Source: Escherichia coli
GTDB lineage: Bacteria; Pseudomonadota; Gammaproteobacteria; Enterobacterales; Enterobacteriaceae
Assembly (NCBI RefSeq): GCF_041886205.1
Contig: NZ_CP169029.1
Direction: 5' to 3' (one strand)
DNA: 64,000 nt
In this document: positions 18,815 through 29,491 of the stretch, piece after piece
Numbering within the stretch: position 1 is the stretch's first letter
Layout of the letters: each line of letters starts with the position of its first letter
Made by a program: the position numbers and the translations under genes
The notes under the pieces: model-generated
Databases searched by the model: none
What the model was told of the DNA's origin: nothing
What the model saw: only the letters and a program-made list of their open reading frames with translations

Positions 18815-19801
18815 TTATGTTATATTGAGGAAATCTGGGATATTAGCTGGTTCAAGGTCAAAAATATATTTAATGATTCCGGCTTTTAGGTTCTCCTCAA
18901 TTCCTTTCCTGAAATCTAGAATACTTGAGATTGTTGCATCATGTTGTAAATGATGTCGCCAGTGAACATCTTTTTCTCGACTATGAAAAGATAACAATCG
19001 GGTTAGAGCCATATGTGCGAACATTCCTGATTGTTCATCGATTGTATAATGGGCAACCACGTGGGAATCAGAATATGATTCTTTCGTAGAAAGATCCCAA
19101 GAATGAAATAATTGCTGAGCAATTGGTGATAGATCCCTTATTTGTTCATTTCTTCCGTTAGTGAAGTAAACATCATCTATGACGGTATGCCAGTTTTCTT
19201 GTGTCCCTTCATCTGTTTCAATGGTTTCAATAATATTTTCTTTCTTGAAACTTATATGAACACCTGAATTAACTTGTGGAGTGTAGGTGAAGTCACCTAA
19301 AACTTTACTCATTAAGCTATTACGCATTGCATCATTGAAATTAAGATTGAAATTTGTTTTTGCCTTTGTAAATAAATCTAGATCTACCAGGCTCCAAATT
19401 CCATGTCTTCTCCAGGCAATTAAAACGGGCAGCCCTAATAATTGGCCGTAAGCTCTTAATCTGGACACGTAATCTGGACGAAAAGACAAAACATTTCCCA
19501 TGTAAGATTTAACTTCAATCAAAACAGTAGTCTTGCCTGCGCCACGCACATTAAAATTTGCTAGTAAATCTGGAACCTGAAAAGTCTTGTTAGAAGTAGT
19601 TGGATACTGCTGTTGATCCAATTTATGGACTAGGTTGCATTGACCTAGCCAACCACAGATAATCGAAAACTCGTCTTCTAACGGGAGGCCAATATTAAGT
19701 CTATTTACACGTTCAGCGATAGCCTTAGCGTCAGCCTCCCAACCCAGTTGCTCTAGAGATTCATGTATAAGTCTCTCTAAATCTGTCGGCTTATCTTTCA
19801 A
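18815..19801 (-). CDS. Cargo protein B (328 aa): putative PD-(D/E)xK-fold nuclease; function unknown, candidate defence protein
   Basis: AT-rich ORF; VPDLL ... 16 residues ... VLIEVKS fits the PD-(D/E)xK spacing; convergent with protein A. Confidence 0.7.
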   Translation of the reverse strand: MKDKPTDLERLIHESLEQLGWEADAKAIAERVNRLNIGLPLEDEFSIICGWLGQCNLVHKLDQQQYPTTSNKTFQVPDLLANFNVRGAGKTTVLIEVKSYMGNVLSFRPDYVSRLRAYGQLLGLPVLIAWRRHGIWSLVDLDLFTKAKTNFNLNFNDAMRNSLMSKVLGDFTYTPQVNSGVHISFKKENIIETIETDEGTQENWHTVIDDVYFTNGRNEQIRDLSPIAQQLFHSWDLSTKESYSDSHVVAHYTIDEQSGMFAHMALTRLLSFHSREKDVHWRHHLQHDATISSILDFRKGIEENLKAGIIKYIFDLEPANIPDFLNIT

Positions 19802-19960
19802 GGTAGCTCCCTATAGGTTTAGTTCGAACTCAATAAGTTATATGTCATTAACATATTACAAAGTTATGCCATTATCGCTTAAAGCCGATCATCATGTAAG
19901 AATACATTATATCCGTGGCAACGGTTAGTGCTAATTCACAGATATACTGAGCAAAAATTT

Positions 19961-21148
19961 TTAATGATTTACTTTATCTCCCCACCAATCCATCAACTCA
20001 ACTCTTTGAAGTAAATAAGTTGAACGGTTGTAAGCTTTTCGAACTTCATTTTTGTCTGAGTGTGCTAATGCTGCTTCAATAACATCAGAATTAAATCCGG
20101 CTTCATTGAGTGCAGTACTTGCGATGGACCGTAACCCGTGAGCAACTAATTTCCCACCATAACCAATACGCTTAAGTGCGGCATTAGCAGTCTGACTATT
20201 CATTGGTTGCTTAGGGTTATTTCTGCTGGGAAAAACATGTTCACGGTGAGCGCTGATTGGTTTCATCACTTCCAGAATATCTAACGCCTGAGGAGATAGT
20301 GGGACTATGTGCTCACGCTTAGCTTTCATCCGTTCGGCAGGAATTGTCCAGAGCTTTGCATCAAGATCGATCTCTGCCCACCGGGTACTGGAAGCCTCAG
20401 AAGGGCGCACAAGGGTCAGGAGTTGCCATTCGATTAGACAGCGAGTCGGAACAGACAGATTTGACATGACTAAAGAACGCATCAGCTTCGGCAATTCTTC
20501 TGGCCGCAACGTCGGCATGTTTTGCTTTTTGGGCTTCTCAAAGGCCATGCCAACACCGGATGCTGGATTGGCATCAATCAGACCAGTGTTTACGGCATAA
20601 ATCATGATTTCGTTAATGCGCTGCACCAGTCGACGTACAGTCTCAAGCGCCCCACGTGCTTTTATTGGCTCAAGGGCTTCAACCAAAGTTCGGGCTTTGA
20701 TTTGCTGAACGGGGATCTCACCGATGGCAGGGAATACATCTTTCTCCAGTGAACGCCAAATGTCTTTTGCGTAATCAGGGGTAACGCTTTTGCTTTTGAG
20801 ATGGAACCAGTTAGCGGCGACCGTTGAAAAAATACTGTCCAGAGCGATTTGCTGCTGTTCCTCTGCAACTTCGGCCTGAATTTGCGGGTCAATTCCGTTG
20901 GCTAACAAGGCAAGGTAATCCGCTCTTAACCCTCGGGCGTCAGCAAGTGAGAGGGCGGGGAAAGCACCTAGCCCCATCATTGTCCGCTGTTTTGTCGCCG
21001 GACGTTGATAACGGAAACGCCAGAGCTTTTTCCCGCTGGTTTTCACTATCAGGAAAAGGCCATCGCCATCATGCAGCGTTAGATCCTTCTCTAACGCTTT
21101 AGCGCGCAGAACTTCGGTGTTGGTCAGGGGGCGTGTTGTCCGTGCCAC
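19961..21148 (-). CDS. int: P4-family integrase (IntA-like) next to ssrA
   Basis: 395 aa; N-terminal LWRFRYQRPATKQRTMMGLGAFPALSLADAR arm-binding-like domain; catalytic C-terminal domain; immediately downstream of tmRNA 3' end. Confidence 0.9.
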   Translation of the reverse strand: MARTTRPLTNTEVLRAKALEKDLTLHDGDGLFLIVKTSGKKLWRFRYQRPATKQRTMMGLGAFPALSLADARGLRADYLALLANGIDPQIQAEVAEEQQQIALDSIFSTVAANWFHLKSKSVTPDYAKDIWRSLEKDVFPAIGEIPVQQIKARTLVEALEPIKARGALETVRRLVQRINEIMIYAVNTGLIDANPASGVGMAFEKPKKQNMPTLRPEELPKLMRSLVMSNLSVPTRCLIEWQLLTLVRPSEASSTRWAEIDLDAKLWTIPAERMKAKREHIVPLSPQALDILEVMKPISAHREHVFPSRNNPKQPMNSQTANAALKRIGYGGKLVAHGLRSIASTALNEAGFNSDVIEAALAHSDKNEVRKAYNRSTYLLQRVELMDWWGDKVNH

Positions 21149-21167
21149 TGTGGCCGCTCCTTCATGA

Positions 21168-21232
21168 ATTGGTATACGCTTTTAGGTATACATCCTACCG
21201 TATACCTAAACGTATACCAATAATCACCGGAT
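21168..21232. repeat. Cluster of GGTATAC motifs incl. CGTATACCTAAACGTATACCAAT; candidate integrase arm sites between int and ssrA
   Basis: Three or more GTATACC/GGTATAC copies; 23-nt block nearly identical to 9832-9852. Confidence 0.45.
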
Positions 21233-21332
21233 TTAGCCGGATGTTCTCGGACAACTACAGACACAAAAAAGCCCGCAGAGCTTGTGCTATACGGGCTTTC
21301 TGTACTTCACCGGACGTATCCGGATCATCATT

Positions 21333-21695
21333 TGGTGGAGCTGGCGGGAGTTGAACCCGCGTCCGAAATTCCTACGTCCTCGGTACTACATGCTTAGTCA
21401 GTCTTTACATTCGCTTGCCAGCTGCGGACGGACACGCCACTAACAAACTAGCCTGATTAAGTTTTAACGCTTCAACCCCAGGCAGGGCTTCCACGCGATC
21501 TCTTTTGGGTTTGACCTCTCTTGATCCCCGTCCTAAGAGCGGAGGCTAGGGAGAGAGGGCTCTAAGCAGGTTATTAAGCTGCTAAAGCGTAGTTTTCGTC
21601 GTTTGCGACTATTTTTTGCGGCTTTTTACGAGGCCAACCGCCCCTCGGCATGCACCTTGGGTTTCGCAAATCCCGTCGAATCCAGAATCAGCCCC
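21333..21695 (-). ncRNA. ssrA: tmRNA (SsrA), 363 nt
   Basis: Reverse complement begins GGGGCTGATTCTGGATTCGACGGGATTTGCGAAACC and ends GGTTCAACTCCCGCCAGCTCCACCA; ANDENYALAA tag template region present. Confidence 0.95.
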
Positions 21696-21909
21696 AATGT
21701 GTAACGATAAGTATACCAGATTTATGAGCGCCATGACCAGCCTCAATGGCGTTATCGTTAAAGATTTAGCACCCATGTAGCCTGATTTTTATTCGATTAA
21801 GCAATGGGATGGCAACATTTTCGTCGGATGTGATAGCCAATAAGATGTTCATTCGCGCCGCCGGAGAGGGAGGCGCGGTGAGGAACTGGTCAATAATTGG
21901 AGTGCAGGT

Positions 21910-22392
21910 TTAACGGTGGGCGTTTTTCATGATACGCGCTTTATCCACCTGCCATTCGCGCTCTTTGATATCTGAACGTTTATCGTGCTGTTTCTTACCT
22001 TTGGCGACGCCGATTTTCACTTTGCACCAGGCATTTTTCCAGTACAGGGAGAGCGCCACTACGGTATAGCCTTCTCGATTGACGCGACCGTACAATGAGT
22101 CCAGTTCGCGCTGGTTGAGAAGTAACTTGCGGGTACGGGTAGGATCGCACACCACATGCGTGGAGGCCACTGCCATTGGCGTGATGTTTGCGCCAAACAG
22201 GAACGCTTCTCCGTCACGCAGAAGGACATAGCTGTCGCTGATATTGGCTTTTCCTGCGCGCAGGGATTTAACTTCCCAGCCTTGCAGGGCAAGTCCCGCT
22301 TCGAACTCTTCTTCGATAAAGTATTCGTGACGGGCGCGCTTGTTAAGCGCGATGGTCGCTGAACCAGGTTTATGTGCTTTTTTCTTCGTCAT
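21910..22392 (-). CDS. smpB: SsrA-binding protein SmpB
   Basis: 160 aa, [45 protein letters not shown]; directly upstream of ssrA. Confidence 0.95.
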
Positions 22393-22562
22393 AAGCGTCG
22401 TGAATCATCGGTAATCTGAAATCGAAAACACCCCATATCAATCCTGCGGGGGACAAGGCTCTATCTTAGCATGAACCCGATGTTACCCAGCGCCGGGATA
22501 GCGTTTTTTTTACAGCAGGATAAATGATATTATTTGTTGGATTTTTGTTGATGGAAATTGTT

Positions 22563-23000
22563 ATGCCTCAGATTAGCCGGACCGCACTGGTACCCTACAG
22601 CGCGGAGCAAATGTATCAGTTAGTGAATGACGTTCAGTCTTATCCTCAGTTTTTGCCGGGTTGTACCGGAAGTCGGATTCTGGAGTCCACTCCTGGGCAG
22701 ATGACTGCGGCGGTAGATGTCTCTAAGGCTGGGATCAGCAAAACGTTTACTACCCGCAACCAGTTGACCAGTAACCAAAGTATTCTTATGAATCTGGTGG
22801 ATGGGCCGTTTAAGAAATTGATCGGCGGCTGGACGTTTACGCCGCTGAGCCAGGAGGCGTGTCGTATCGAGTTTCATCTCGACTTTGAGTTTACCAATAA
22901 GTTGATTGAACTCGCCTTTGGTCGCGTGTTTAAAGAGCTGGCGGCTAATATGGTCCAGGCTTTTACGGTTCGTGCGAAAGAGGTTTACAGTGCCAGGTAA
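22563..23000 (+). CDS. ratA: Ribosome association toxin RatA (SRPBCC family)
   Basis: [37 protein letters not shown]; ORF opens at 22524, start chosen at conserved Met. Confidence 0.85.
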   Translation: MPQISRTALVPYSAEQMYQLVNDVQSYPQFLPGCTGSRILESTPGQMTAAVDVSKAGISKTFTTRNQLTSNQSILMNLVDGPFKKLIGGWTFTPLSQEACRIEFHLDFEFTNKLIELAFGRVFKELAANMVQAFTVRAKEVYSAR

Positions 23001-23280
23001 AATTGCCGTTGAGGTGGCTTATGCGCTACCTGAGAAGCAGTACATGCAGCGTGTGACGCTGCAGGAGGGTGCGACGGTTGAAGAAGCTATTCGCGCCAGT
23101 GGCTTGCTGGAATTGCGTACCGATATCGATTTAACTAAAAACAAAGTCGGCATTTACAGCCGTCCGGCAAAACTAAGCGATAGTGTGCATGATGGCGATC
23201 GGGTGGAGATTTATCGCCCTCTCATTGCCGATCCGAAAGAGCTGCGCAGGCAACGAGCAGAAAAATCAGCAAATAAATAA
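22990..23280 (+). CDS. ratB: RatB (UPF0125 protein), probable GTG start
   Basis: In-frame GTG at 22990 overlapping ratA stop; 96 aa; ORF track opens earlier at an internal Met of the overlap. Confidence 0.7.
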   Translation: MPGKIAVEVAYALPEKQYMQRVTLQEGATVEEAIRASGLLELRTDIDLTKNKVGIYSRPAKLSDSVHDGDRVEIYRPLIADPKELRRQRAEKSANK

Positions 23281-23341
23281 CAGACAGGAAAAAGGTGCTC
23301 ATTGAGCACCTTTTTTAACGTTTTTGAGAGCAACTTTATTA

Positions 23342-23683
23342 TTAATTACCACTCAGCGCAGGTTTGTTATCAATGTTGGTCAACACACCGCTACTGTTAA
23401 AGGTCAGCGTCAGCGTTTGCTGCGTTACACCTTCATGACCTGGTTGCTGGCGGAAGACATAGAACCAGGTATTCGTACCAAATGGATCGGACATCAGCGG
23501 TGTACCCAATGCGTACGCAACTTGTTGTTGCGTCATGCCAACACGTATTTTGGATACGTCGTTAGCGGTCAGATAGTTCCCCTGGTTGATGTCAGGACGG
23601 TAAACCACTCGCTCCAGAGTGGAACAGCCTGCGGTCAACATCAATAGTACTGCTGCTGCAGCAGTCAGCGTTTTACAGCGCAT
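23342..23683 (-). CDS. bamE: Outer membrane assembly lipoprotein BamE
   Basis: 113 aa, lipobox LTAGCS, conserved BamE core. Confidence 0.9.
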
Positions 23684-23831
23684 AGTGATTTGATTCCTTT
23701 TCGGGCCCGAGCAGTACGTGGCTCATCTGTAATATGCCGATGATAATAGACCTTTCATCACTTTAAAACCTTTTGCTTTCCGGTCTTACGGCGTTTTGCT
23801 GTTTACTCTGACCGTGAAGCAGGAAAAAAGT

Positions 23832-25493
23832 TTACGCCGCAAGCAGTTCTTTCGCATTCGCCAGTGTGTTACGTGTGACTTCGCTGCCACCAAGCAGGCG
23901 CGCCAGCTCTTGTAACCGCGCTTTTTTATCCAGGGATTGCATATGCGTTTCTGTCATCGCACCATCGGTTTCTTTGCTGACAAAATAGTGTTGATGACCA
24001 CATCCCGCGACTTGTGGCAGGTGGGTAACACACATTACCTGAGTTGATTCGCCGAGTTGACGCAGCAGTTTGCCGACAACTGCCGCTGTTGGACCGCTAA
24101 TCCCTACATCCACTTCATCAAAAATCAGTGCCGGGGTTTCCATTTTACGCGCGGTAATGACCTGGATTGCCAGTGCGATGCGGGACAATTCACCACCGGA
24201 TGCGACTTTGGCAATAGGCTGCATTGGCTGACCAGGGTTGGTGGTTACCCGAAATTCAATACGATCGGCACCGTCAGCGCCCAGGTGATGCTCGTCAAAT
24301 TTAACATCGATCGTAAACTGCCCATGCGGCATTGAGAGCGCATGCATACTGTCGGTGATCAGCTGTGCAAGTTCTTCTGCATATTGCTGGCGTTGTTGGT
24401 GTAATGCGCGCGCGGTTTCCAGTGCCTGCTGATGATGTTTCGTTACCGCCAGCGCGAGCGTTTCTTGTGAGTCGGCCTGATCGTCCAGTTGCTGCTGTTC
24501 TTCCAGTAGCGACTGGTAATACTGTGGTAATGCCTCAGGGCTGACGTGATGTTTACGTGCCAGCGAAATCTGTTTTGAGAGGCGCTGTTCAAGTTCAAAC
24601 AGTCGGTTGGGATCGAGATCCAGATGATCGCAGTAGTGGCGAAGTTCATCGCTGGCTTCAGCAATCTGGATGGTAGCTTCTTCCAGCATATCAAGTACGC
24701 CGGACAGTTTGCTGTCCATGCCAATCAATTCGCTCACCAGTTGTTTAGCCGTGTAAAGCTGACTTTGCAGGTTTGCGTCTTCACCGTCGGCCATTAATGC
24801 CAATGCATTCTGGCTGGTAGTCAGCAATTGACCGCTGTTCGCCAGACGTTTGTACTCTTCGTCGATTTGCTCAAACTCTCCGGGCTGCGGATTAAATTCG
24901 TTAAGTTCTTTCAATTGGTATTGCAGTAGTTCCGCACGGGCGGCGCGTTCCTGACTTAACTGTTGATGATGCGCGAGGTCGCGGCAGCTTTGATGCCACA
25001 ACTGATAACGTGCGGTCATTTCCTGAAGCAGAGAGGTTTCATTGGCATAGCCATCAAGCAGGAATTTTTGGTGCTCGGGTTTGGTGAGTAACTGATGAGC
25101 GTGCTGACCATGGATCTGAATCAGCAACTGACCCAGTTCGCGCAGTTGTGACAGAGGAACAGCTGTACCGTTGATGAAACCACGGGAGCGACCATCGCTG
25201 CTGATTACGCGACGAAGCAAACATTCATGCCCGTCTTCAAGCTGGTTTTCTTCCAGCCAGCGCAGGGCCGCTGGCGTATCTTTCAGAGAAAAACGGGCGC
25301 ACAGGTCAGCGCGAGCAGCGCCATTACGCACCATGTCGGCTTCAGCTCGACCACCGAGACAAAGGCCGAGGGCATCTATCGCAATAGATTTACCCGCGCC
25401 GGTTTCACCGGTTATTACGGTCATGCCGCTGTGAAAATCAATCTCAAGCTCACGAACGATAGCAAAGTTGCTGATGGTCAGTTGTGCCAACAT
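23832..25493 (-). CDS. recN: DNA repair protein RecN
   Basis: 553 aa, N-terminal Walker A GETGAGKS, coiled-coil middle, SMC-like C-terminus. Confidence 0.95.
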   Translation of the reverse strand: MLAQLTISNFAIVRELEIDFHSGMTVITGETGAGKSIAIDALGLCLGGRAEADMVRNGAARADLCARFSLKDTPAALRWLEENQLEDGHECLLRRVISSDGRSRGFINGTAVPLSQLRELGQLLIQIHGQHAHQLLTKPEHQKFLLDGYANETSLLQEMTARYQLWHQSCRDLAHHQQLSQERAARAELLQYQLKELNEFNPQPGEFEQIDEEYKRLANSGQLLTTSQNALALMADGEDANLQSQLYTAKQLVSELIGMDSKLSGVLDMLEEATIQIAEASDELRHYCDHLDLDPNRLFELEQRLSKQISLARKHHVSPEALPQYYQSLLEEQQQLDDQADSQETLALAVTKHHQQALETARALHQQRQQYAEELAQLITDSMHALSMPHGQFTIDVKFDEHHLGADGADRIEFRVTTNPGQPMQPIAKVASGGELSRIALAIQVITARKMETPALIFDEVDVGISGPTAAVVGKLLRQLGESTQVMCVTHLPQVAGCGHQHYFVSKETDGAMTETHMQSLDKKARLQELARLLGGSEVTRNTLANAKELLAA

Positions 25494-25578
25494 AGTCGTT
25501 TTCCTGTATGAAAAACCATTACTGTTATTGTGTACAGTATAAACTGGTTTTATATACAGTAAAGAGGCTGGCGTAAAA

Positions 25579-26457
25579 TTAGAATAATTTTTTTGACCAG
25601 CCGAGCTTTGTGCTTAATGTATTGAAATAACTGTAATCTTTAGGATGAATCAGATTCAGATGGTAATCACAGCGACGAATCAAGACATCTTCACCTTCCT
25701 GAATAGGTAGTGCTATCTGGCTGTCGCAACTGATTTCCAGGTCGTTACGGCGATGCGAAAAACGCAGACGGATCGTGCTGCTGCTGTTTATGACCAGTGG
25801 TCTTGCTGACAACGTATGCGGGAACATGGGCACCAGGGTAATCGCATCCAGAGAGGGGGTCAGAATAGGACCGCCTGCAGAGAGGGAATAAGCGGTGGAG
25901 CCTGTTGGTGTCGAAATAATCAGGCCATCAGATCGCTGAGAAAACGCAAAGATCTCGTCGATATACACTTCGAACTCAATCATATGCGCCACTTTACCAG
26001 GATGAAGTACCACTTCATTTATCGCGGTGCTGATGCGCTTTTGGCAATCTTGCTGACAGACTTGCGCTTCCAGCAAAAAACGTTTCTCGCTGATGTAGTG
26101 ACCTTCCAGCACATCGGCTAATTGTTGCTGGGCGTTATCGGGGTCAAGATCAGTCAGGAAACCCAGGTTGCCACGGTTGATTCCAATAACTTTTATATCG
26201 TAACGGGCGAGCGTGCGCGCCGCGCCCAGCATATTACCGTCGCCACCAACGACTACCGCGAGATCAGCCAGTTGCCCAATCTCCGCGAGCGTGCCAGTTT
26301 TCACATTCTTCAGTTGCAGTTCGTGAGCGATTTGCTGCTCAACGATGACCTCGTAACCTTTTGTGCACAGCCAGCGGTAGAGCATTTCATGTGTTGTCAG
26401 TGCAGTGGGGTGCCGTGGGTGTCCCACAATGCCAATACACTTGAAATGATTATTCAT
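25579..26457 (-). CDS. nadK: NAD kinase
   Basis: 292 aa with [11 protein letters not shown] motif. Confidence 0.95.
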
Positions 26458-26546
26458 TTTTCCGAGGTCCTTGTTGCGAAGATTGATGACAATGTGAGTG
26501 CTTCCCTTGAAACCCTGAAACTGATCCCCATAATAAGCGAAGTTAG

Positions 26547-27173
<627 letters not shown>

Positions 27174-27194
27174 TTTCTGTTTTCGTAATAAATA

Positions 27195-27228
27195 ACGGCC
27201 CAGCATGCGAATGCCGGGCCGTTTTTTT
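27195..27228. terminator. Hairpin ACGGCCC-(14 nt)-GGGCCGT plus T7 between convergent grpE and yfjD
   Basis: Perfect 7-bp stem followed by TTTTTTT. Confidence 0.6.
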
Positions 27229-28489
27229 ACTCCGCCACACTCTCGCGCAGCGGTTTCACAGGAAAAACTTTTACCTGCTTAATCATATTGTCCTGTACGT
27301 CGAGAATATCGATATCGTACTCGCCAATACGCACGCGGGTGCCAGCGACAGGGATCTCTTCCAGAGCTTCAAGAATGACGCCATTAACCGTGCGGGCATC
27401 GTCTTCAGGTAGATGCCAGTTAAAGGCTTTGTTGATTTCTCGCACGTTGGCGGTGCCATCGATAATCACCGAACCGTCGTTTTGCGGCGTAACCTCTTCG
27501 GCAAGTGTTGGCGACATCGACGTAGTGAAATCGCCGACAATCTCTTCCAGAATATCTTCAACCGTCACCAGCCCCTGAATGTCTCCATACTCGTTGACGA
27601 CCAGGCCGACTTTCTTTTTGTTGCGCTGAAACTTCACCAACTGTGTGCTGAGCGGCGTACCTTCCGGTACAAAATAGATCTCGTCCGCGGCGCGCAGCAT
27701 GGTTTCTTTGGTGAACTCTTTTTTCTCCGACATCAACCGCCAGGCTTCACGTACTCGCAGCATACTGATGGCGTCGTCCAGCGAATCACGGTAGAGCACG
27801 ATGCGCCCGTGAGGTGAGTGGGAGAGTTGGCGCAGAATCGATTTCCAGTCATCGTTGATATCAATACCGATAATTTCACTGCGCGGCACCATGATGTCAT
27901 CAACGGTCATCTTTTCCAGATCGAGCACAGACAGCAGCATATCCTGATTGCGACGGGAAATTTGTGAGCGTGATTCGTGCACGATAGTGCGCAACTCTTC
28001 TTTGCTCAAAGAGCCGCTAACCACGATATCGGTTTTGATACCCATCATGCGCATCAGCATACGGGTGATAGCATTCAGCAACCAGACCAGCGGCATCATC
28101 AAAATTTGCAGCGGAGCCAGCAGAAAACTACTCGGATAAGCGACTTTTTCCGGGTACAGCGCGGCAATGGTTTTCGGCAATACCTCAGCAAAAACCAGTA
28201 CGACAAAAGTCAGCACACCAGTCGCAATTGCCACGCCCGCATCGCCGTACAAACGCATCCCGACAATAGTGCCGAGCGCAGAGGCAAGAATATTGACCAG
28301 GTTATTGCCGATTAACACCAGGCTTATCAGGCGGTCTGGCTTACGCAGCAATTTTTCGACGCGTTTGGCCGAGCGATTACCCTGTTTCGCCATATGTCGA
28401 AGACGATAGCGGTTGAGGGTCATCATTCCGGTTTCGGACCCGGAAAAATAGGCTGAAATGACCACCATGATGATCAGAATAATGATCAA
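27227..28489 (-). CDS. yfjD: CNNM/CorC-family inner membrane protein with CBS domains (YfjD)
   Basis: DUF21-type membrane N-terminus, CBS pair, CorC_HlyC C-terminus; true start may lie slightly upstream. Confidence 0.85.
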   Translation of the reverse strand: MIIILIIMVVISAYFSGSETGMMTLNRYRLRHMAKQGNRSAKRVEKLLRKPDRLISLVLIGNNLVNILASALGTIVGMRLYGDAGVAIATGVLTFVVLVFAEVLPKTIAALYPEKVAYPSSFLLAPLQILMMPLVWLLNAITRMLMRMMGIKTDIVVSGSLSKEELRTIVHESRSQISRRNQDMLLSVLDLEKMTVDDIMVPRSEIIGIDINDDWKSILRQLSHSPHGRIVLYRDSLDDAISMLRVREAWRLMSEKKEFTKETMLRAADEIYFVPEGTPLSTQLVKFQRNKKKVGLVVNEYGDIQGLVTVEDILEEIVGDFTTSMSPTLAEEVTPQNDGSVIIDGTANVREINKAFNWHLPEDDARTVNGVILEALEEIPVAGTRVRIGEYDIDILDVQDNMIKQVKVFPVKPLRESVAE

Positions 28490-28533
28490 CGTAGTAGTAG
28501 AAATGTGTTCCAGGGGAAACTCCTTTTCTGGGT

Positions 28534-29400
28534 TTAGCTGATTAACTGCTGGACAATTCGGCTGCCGAAGTAGGCCAGTGTCAGAATTACCGCGCCCGCA
28601 ACGTTAAACCAGACGACGCGGCGTCCACGCCATCCTTCATGGTAATGTCCCCACAGCAGCACAATATAGACAAACCACGCCACGATAGAGAGCACAGCCT
28701 TGTCGATATTTTCCATGCTAAATAGGTTGTGCATGTAGAACAGGCCAGTGCAAAGCGTGAGCGTTAGCAGCACCACGCCAATCTGCGTGATGTGGAACAT
28801 TTTACGCTCGATACTCATCAATGGCGGCATTTCCTGGTTAAATGCCAGCTTCTTGTTCTTCAGTTGGTAATCAATCCACGCCAGTTGCAGCGCGTACAGG
28901 GCGGCGATAATTAGCGTGGCATAGGAAAAGAGCGATAAGCCAATGTGCACCAGCATCCCAGGCGTTGCTTCCAGATGGGTGATGTATTCATTGGGCATGA
29001 AGGTCGCCAGCGCCAGGTTGATAAGCGCAAAGGCATAGACAATGGGTAGCAGCAACCAGCCACGATTGCGAGAAGCCACAATGGTCATTACCGTACAGAT
29101 CATCAAACTGACCAATGAACCAACGTTCAGCAGGCTGAGGTTTTGTCCGCTATCACCGTCGGGTAGGATGCGGGCTTCCAGAGCGATTGCGTGGCAGACC
29201 AGCGCGATGACCGCAGAAATAATAGCCATGCGCCGCCAGCCGCCGTTTTTTTGCAGCAGACCGGGAACAATCAGCGCAAGACTGACGGAGTAGGCGACAA
29301 GCGCGAGCAGAGCAAAAACGGGCATAGTAATGTCGACAGTTTGAGCAATAAGAAAGAGAAGCAGTATAGCGTCAGGTGAACGCTGCTCCAACCGTTGCAT
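28534..29400 (-). CDS. ypjD: Inner membrane protein YpjD (cytochrome c assembly-like)
   Basis: Multi-pass hydrophobic protein divergent from ffh. Confidence 0.8.
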   Translation of the reverse strand: MQRLEQRSPDAILLLFLIAQTVDITMPVFALLALVAYSVSLALIVPGLLQKNGGWRRMAIISAVIALVCHAIALEARILPDGDSGQNLSLLNVGSLVSLMICTVMTIVASRNRGWLLLPIVYAFALINLALATFMPNEYITHLEATPGMLVHIGLSLFSYATLIIAALYALQLAWIDYQLKNKKLAFNQEMPPLMSIERKMFHITQIGVVLLTLTLCTGLFYMHNLFSMENIDKAVLSIVAWFVYIVLLWGHYHEGWRGRRVVWFNVAGAVILTLAYFGSRIVQQLIS

Positions 29401-29491
29401 AACAACAAAGACGCCTTCATGTTATACTGCGGCAAAATACTGATGATGTGTCGCGATTGCGGCCAACCGTTTCCACCCCAGGCGAGAGACA

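Larger units (their letters stand above)
9761..21332. mobile_element. P4-like satellite prophage integrated at the ssrA 3' end
   Basis: Gene order alpha, orf151-like, vis, sid, delta, psu, cos-like site, variable cargo, int matches integrated P4; TGTTCAC iterons; int adjacent to tmRNA gene; left boundary approximate. Confidence 0.8.

Noticed and set aside
18815-19801. Walker A-like GAGKTT in cargo protein B suggesting an ATPase
   Set aside because: The motif does not satisfy [AG]-x4-GK-[ST] (residue five positions before GK is Asn) and there is no Walker B; the PD-ExK reading fits the surrounding strand pattern better.
22906-22989. Upstream Met start for ratB at 22906 as given by the ORF track
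   Set aside because: It would overlap the 3' end of ratA by about 95 nt in another frame; an in-frame GTG at 22990 just before the ratA stop gives the expected ~96-aa product.
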